NCBI GenBank assembly: GCA_902783315.1
Contig: CACZQK010000073.1
Location: forward strand, 2,498-66,497
Length of the DNA stretch: 64,000 nt
Direction of reading: 5' to 3'
Source of the DNA: an uncultured Erysipelotrichaceae bacterium
Lineage (GTDB): Bacteria; Bacillota_I; Bacilli_A; RF39; UBA660
Positions 59,491 to 64,000 of this stretch are shown here, piece after piece. The notes below the pieces were generated by a model. That model was not told the DNA's origin and did no database searches. It saw only the letters and a list, made by a program, of their open reading frames with translations. The position numbers and the translations under genes are program-made. Position 1 is the stretch's first letter; every line of letters begins with the position of its first letter.

Positions 59491-62400
59491 CTACTCTATT
59501 ATGTAAGGAGTCTCATAACTTCCGTTTCCATCTTTGTAATAGGTATTAGGTTTCATTGAAACAACTGGGCGAAGTCCCTTTTCATAATTCGTATGATACA
59601 TTGAAATATTTCCATTTGCTAAAATAAATGCCACTTGGACAGTCCCTTTGCCATAACTACCACTAACAGTTAAATAGTATGGTGACATGGTCCAATAATC
59701 AAATCCTGACTTTCTGGCGTTCAAACCTAATAAATAGGCTTCTTGGTAAGATAATAATCCTACTGGATAAGTAAGTTTTCCATTCCCGTTATCAGGGCTC
59801 ACAGTAAATCTGTCAGCCACATTTTCACATGATAATCCTGCGGTATTAAAATAGGCTGGATAAAACAGAGAACTCTCTTTATTCCACCCTCCTAATGATC
59901 TGATACTTCGATTGTTGCAGTATTCTGTGTCTTCTAAATAAGCCGTTTTGGAAAACATTTTTTCTTTATACCATAAATCCATTGCACTTTTTATACTTGA
60001 ACTTTCTTTATTAACATCTTCTGCTGAAAACATATTTTTTAAGGCATCTTCTACTTTTTCACCATTGTTAAGGCTGATGTAATTGGCTTGATACATAGAA
60101 TTACTGTTATTTAAATAGTTTATATAATAAACTTGGTCACATTTTCCACTTTTATTAAAACAGGTGTAATGAGTTTTGTTACTATTAATGGTATTATATG
60201 AATGTACCCAATCATAAATGGGGGCACTCTTATTTGTTAAGACATACTTTTCACCGTCTGGATTATTTGGATGATACTCAACATCATTTCCATAGACAAA
60301 TCCTACTTCAACATATTTAAGATTATTGTTGTTCACACCCACTATTTGATATAGATTTGAACAAGTATTATCACTACCTAAACATAAATAATTACTAAAT
60401 GCCATTTTTGATCTATTTTTATCCCATTCTGTTCTTTTGATCGTCGTAGCTGGAGAAGATTCATTACTAACTGTGTAGGTTCCATTTCCATTATCAACAA
60501 ATTTTTCGCCAAATGTATAATAACTTTCAAATTTTGATAGTTCTTCTCCGTTCGCAATTCTAATTGTATATGCAGTACTTCCATCTACTGCTACGATATA
60601 AAATGCATACTTTCCATATGTTGCATCAATAGATGAGCCGTTAGAGGAATTGGAAACGAGATACTTTCCAACTAATGATGTATAATTATCTGGAGAAGAT
60701 ATTTTAAATGCATCATTTAGGTTATATGTTTTTGTATTTGGAGTATTCCAATCCACACTATTGGCATAATATCTCGTTGTGTTTAAAGTTACATTTTGAG
60801 TACTCATGTTATATGTAATTGTTCCTTTTCCGTTGTATGTATAAATTCGATTATACATAAATCCCGCATAGGCAGGAGAACTATTCGAAGTATTATAGGT
60901 TGTGCTTCCAGCCGAAGCATAAGGGACTTCACTATTTAATGAAATTTGCGTAAAATTATTCCCGCTATTGTGACTTTCAATATAATACAAGGTTTTACAA
61001 GAGGTGGTTTTATTTCTGCAAGTATATTTTCCTATTAATTCAGACGGTTTGTTTTCGTCATACGTATATAAATCTTCTAAAATAAATGCTCCATTGCTCA
61101 GTGTATAACTGGATGCGTATTTATATGATGTTGCTAAGGTAGAAGAACTCTTTGAACCATATCCTTGGTGAGCTTGGCGGTTTTTTCCACATTCATTGTT
61201 TTCATCAACTTCACCATTGTATAGAAGTTTGACGCCTCCCGTAGCTGTAGTTCTTACCATCTGCCAACAGATTCCATTAAATAAAACGTTGCTTTTTGAG
61301 GCATCACTCATGGAATTATAATAATATATTTTATTATCATCTGTTAAACCATTTTCAGAATATATTGAAGCAATATAGTCTATAGTTGCATCTCTTTTTA
61401 TTATATCATATAAAGTTCTTGCTATATTAACTGTATATGCAGAGCTTACTGTACTTTTTTCATCCGACTTTTTTGCTCTAATTATGCCATCACTTTCAAA
61501 TAAAACTGTTGTTTCTTTACTATCCACGATAACTTCTTCGTTATTATCTTTTATATAAGAACATTTATATTCTTTGCAATCACCGAAGTCAATGACGACA
61601 GTACTTTTTTTACCATTTGCTTTTTCTGTAAAGGTGGGCTTGTCTATATCTAGGGTGGATGCTGTAATTATTTTGTTTGCACTACCCTCCTTGGAAGATA
61701 CTTTAACCATAATATTATAATTAGTTATTAACTCTAAATCTTTAAATGTATATGTACTTCTTTCTGCAGTTTGATTAGATTGTTCAAACCAGGTATTTCC
61801 ACCATCTATTGAAAATTCATACTTGTCAATTTTTGTAGAATCTCCTGCAATTCCAGCATCGACTTTAACAGTAATACTATATTTAGAACTTGTCGTTGAA
61901 ATGTTTTTGATAAATGGATGTATACCGTCTGTAAAATATCCTACTATAGATTCTTCACTTCCATCTATTTTTGCGTAACTTTTATCTATAAATGAGTTAT
62001 CGTATTGTGTACCATTTCCTCCAACAAGGTTTGTAGCGTTTAGAAACATTTCTGCAAAAGCAGTCACATTATCTGTCACAAATGTAGGAGATGCATAGAT
62101 TGTTTTTAAAAGATTGCAATTGGAAAACATGTTTGACATATCTGTTACTTTATTGGTGTTAAAGTCTTTTAGATCAAGTTCAGTTAGACTTCTGTCATTA
62201 TGAAATAAATGCGACATGTTGGTAACCATACTTGTATTAAACAAATTGTTAAAAGTTATTTTTTTTACTTTTGGAAAATCAGCGAACAAATAAGAAGAAT
62301 CGTTATTTCCTAATACTCCTCCTTGACCCGCGATATAGAGTTTTTTTTCTTCTCCATTTTCTAAAATCCAGGCAATAATACTTTCATTTTGTTTTTCAGA

Positions 62401-63519
62401 CAAATCCCATACTGTGATATTGTCTACTTTTTTGGGGACCGAAAGTGAAGTGTCTGCTAAATCTATGAATTCAATAGATGTTATTGTATTTCTTATTGAA
62501 GCATTGTGAAAGTCTGGTGCATTATCATTCCATGAAAAGCCTGATATATAATCACTATAACTTCTTAAGATAGGAATTGTTTTTTTCCATTTCGCTATAA
62601 TTTTAATATCTTTATAAATTGGATTGTTCGGATTAAAAGAAGTTCCATCTTCATATTCCCATCCAATAAATGTATATCCATCTTTTGTTGGGATTTCTAA
62701 TCCTTTTATAGGAGATCCAAACTCACTGTTAATTTTTTTTTCATCCTCATCAATTACATAGGTAATGATTATTTTATCATATAATCCTATTGTGGTCTTT
62801 AACGTCATATTAAATAATATTGTAGAGGCATTAACAAGCATTGTGTTTAAAATGATTCCGATGACTATCAATGTTGCTATTTTAAATGTGCTTTGTATTT
62901 TTCTTTTCTTTTCTACTATGATAGCAAGTATTAAACCAATTGAAGATATAATTAAAAAAATATAACTCTTATTTCTTTTGTCTCCGGTAGTTGGATTAAT
63001 AAGAATTTCCCCTTCTTTTTTTTGATTGTCTTCTAGATATTTAATCGTAAATTTGACATTATTTGTTTGATTTCTTTTTGAAGTGTCTATCAGTTCATTC
63101 TTGTATATTACCTTCACTATAAAGTCTAATGAAGATTTGGCATTTATTCTTTTATTCTCATGAGGATTGTATTGATATTCTATATAGGGGTTTGAATTGT
63201 CATCTATTATTTTTAATATTGTTATGTTTTTATTTAAAGTACTATTTATATCTAGTTTATAAATTACATAATCATTTAGTTTATGAAATGTAATCGTACT
63301 CATAATTTCATCTGCACTAAAGTTGGTAATATCCCCTGTCGTACTTTCCGATTTTTCAGTAATTGTTACTCCTTTTATAGTAAACGGTAAATCTGAGGCT
63401 AATACTACTATATTTAAAAGCAAAGCTACTACAAATATAAAAATAAGTATTAATGTTATATAACTGATTTTTCCTTCTTTAAATATATGATTCTTTTTCA
63501 TCTTTATAAATCGCCTCAT
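59491..63519 (-). CDS. Giant (1342 aa) multidomain cell-surface protein. N-terminal TM/signal, an internal sortase-B-like sorting signal, a Listeria-Bacteroides (Flg_new) repeat, DUF285/BspA-like LRR repeats, an FN3-like domain, and three C-terminal Cys-pair repeat modules
   Basis: Signal/TM (ITLILIFIFVVALLLNIVVLA). Internal NPTTGD plus hydrophobic helix plus KKRK at aa ~178-215. DGYTFIGWEYEDGTSF…IIAKWKK. FNTSMVTNMSHLF…NKVTDMSNMFSNC (DUF285 pattern). YEFSIDGGNTWFEQS. Repeated KYTCRNKTTSCKTLYYI / NYLCLGSDNTCSNLYQIV / HYTCFNKSGKCDQVYYINY. Confidence 0.8.
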   Translation of the reverse strand: MRRFIKMKKNHIFKEGKISYITLILIFIFVVALLLNIVVLASDLPFTIKGVTITEKSESTTGDITNFSADEIMSTITFHKLNDYVIYKLDINSTLNKNITILKIIDDNSNPYIEYQYNPHENKRINAKSSLDFIVKVIYKNELIDTSKRNQTNNVKFTIKYLEDNQKKEGEILINPTTGDKRNKSYIFLIISSIGLILAIIVEKKRKIQSTFKIATLIVIGIILNTMLVNASTILFNMTLKTTIGLYDKIIITYVIDEDEKKINSEFGSPIKGLEIPTKDGYTFIGWEYEDGTSFNPNNPIYKDIKIIAKWKKTIPILRSYSDYISGFSWNDNAPDFHNASIRNTITSIEFIDLADTSLSVPKKVDNITVWDLSEKQNESIIAWILENGEEKKLYIAGQGGVLGNNDSSYLFADFPKVKKITFNNLFNTSMVTNMSHLFHNDRSLTELDLKDFNTNKVTDMSNMFSNCNLLKTIYASPTFVTDNVTAFAEMFLNATNLVGGNGTQYDNSFIDKSYAKIDGSEESIVGYFTDGIHPFIKNISTTSSKYSITVKVDAGIAGDSTKIDKYEFSIDGGNTWFEQSNQTAERSTYTFKDLELITNYNIMVKVSSKEGSANKIITASTLDIDKPTFTEKANGKKSTVVIDFGDCKEYKCSYIKDNNEEVIVDSKETTVLFESDGIIRAKKSDEKSTVSSAYTVNIARTLYDIIKRDATIDYIASIYSENGLTDDNKIYYYNSMSDASKSNVLFNGICWQMVRTTATGGVKLLYNGEVDENNECGKNRQAHQGYGSKSSSTLATSYKYASSYTLSNGAFILEDLYTYDENKPSELIGKYTCRNKTTSCKTLYYIESHNSGNNFTQISLNSEVPYASAGSTTYNTSNSSPAYAGFMYNRIYTYNGKGTITYNMSTQNVTLNTTRYYANSVDWNTPNTKTYNLNDAFKISSPDNYTSLVGKYLVSNSSNGSSIDATYGKYAFYIVAVDGSTAYTIRIANGEELSKFESYYTFGEKFVDNGNGTYTVSNESSPATTIKRTEWDKNRSKMAFSNYLCLGSDNTCSNLYQIVGVNNNNLKYVEVGFVYGNDVEYHPNNPDGEKYVLTNKSAPIYDWVHSYNTINSNKTHYTCFNKSGKCDQVYYINYLNNSNSMYQANYISLNNGEKVEDALKNMFSAEDVNKESSSIKSAMDLWYKEKMFSKTAYLEDTEYCNNRSIRSLGGWNKESSLFYPAYFNTAGLSCENVADRFTVSPDNGNGKLTYPVGLLSYQEAYLLGLNARKSGFDYWTMSPYYLTVSGSYGKGTVQVAFILANGNISMYHTNYEKGLRPVVSMKPNTYYKDGNGSYETPYIIE

Positions 63520-63827
63520 ATCTTAATCATATTCTATATATATTATAGAAATAATGCCCAAATCTGGCAAGATGTTTTTTAGAGCTTTGCATTTTGTGAT
63601 GGCGTTGTAGCACTTTTTTTGAAGTAAAAATGATACTGTTTTTAAGGCGCTCCTGTTAAAAATAAAATCAAATACTAATTACTATAAGTATTATGAAACA
63701 GCCAAATAGTCAGCTAATAACATGTTAAATAACAAAATAAAAAGAGGATACTAAATCCTTGAGACTATCATCTACACAGATTGTAGCACTGTATATTTCT
63801 CAGTGTTATTTAACAATATCTTACTAT

Positions 63828-64000
63828 TTAATGCAATTTATCAAGTAATGATAGTTTTTTTATTTTAATGTTGTTGTCTTTACCAGTTCCTAACTCAATA
63901 TCTGGTTTAATAGTTTTTCCATGAAAATCACTACCGCCACTCATTAATAAACCATATTTATTTGCTGTTTTTATATAATAATCAGTTTCTTCTTTTGAAT
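63828..64000 (-). CDS. Partial CDS (C-terminal end; 5' end outside window): PHP-domain phosphoesterase
   Basis: Minus-strand translation …YGLLMSGGSDFHGKTIKPDIELGTG…LLDKLH*; the GGSDFHG motif is typical of the PHP family. Confidence 0.55.
   Translation of the reverse strand, partial: SKEETDYYIKTANKYGLLMSGGSDFHGKTIKPDIELGTGKDNNIKIKKLSLLDKLH

Noticed and set aside
63700-63745. Third copy of the TGTTATTA/TTAATAACAA operator motif (gctaataacatgttaaataacaaaa)
   Set aside because: Contains only TAATAACA-like half sites with an extra base. There are no aligned -35/-10 boxes and no symmetric partner, so a true site is doubtful.
1-64000. CRISPR arrays, cas genes, intact prophage or integrative element
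   Set aside because: I found no regularly spaced direct repeats and no phage structural or integrase genes. The only recombinase is a chromosomal XerD-like gene next to deoB. The AT-rich low-complexity stretches contain irregular, non-periodic repeats.

Overview
This is a very AT-rich window from a low-GC, endospore-forming Firmicute. GC looks roughly under 30% by eye; I did not compute it. Sporulation genes present: sigE with spoIIGA, spoIVB, spoIIM-like and CotF-like.

Most of the window is chromosomal housekeeping. The genes I recognise are alaS, mutS, xseA and xseB, nusB, rarA, holA, deoB, xerD-like, murC, queH, cdd, yigZ, an LMW-PTP, an LCP protein, an OatA-like acyltransferase, a ZIP transporter, an acyl-CoA ligase and several phosphohydrolases.

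The features that stand out are:
1. A HEAT-repeat and radical-SAM fusion protein. It sits behind a consensus sigma-A promoter embedded in a palindromic operator, and directly after a frameshifted dNMP-kinase-like pseudogene.
2. A second copy of the same promoter and operator motif at 18.7 kb, followed by a hypothetical gene and an IS3-family transposase remnant.
3. An isolated tRNA-Glu with a CUC anticodon. Its terminator is immediately followed by a decayed group II intron.
4. An alanine-specific (GCU) T-box leader that appears to drive an operon of two dNMP-kinase-like P-loop genes, alaS and holA.
5. At the 3' end, a 1342-aa multidomain surface protein, followed by a protein that combines a WXG-like N-terminus with a peptidase M15 (VanY-like) cell-wall hydrolase domain. 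This could be a secreted peptidoglycan-hydrolase effector.

I saw no CRISPR array and no intact prophage. All calls come from reading the six-frame translations and recognising motifs; no database search was possible.
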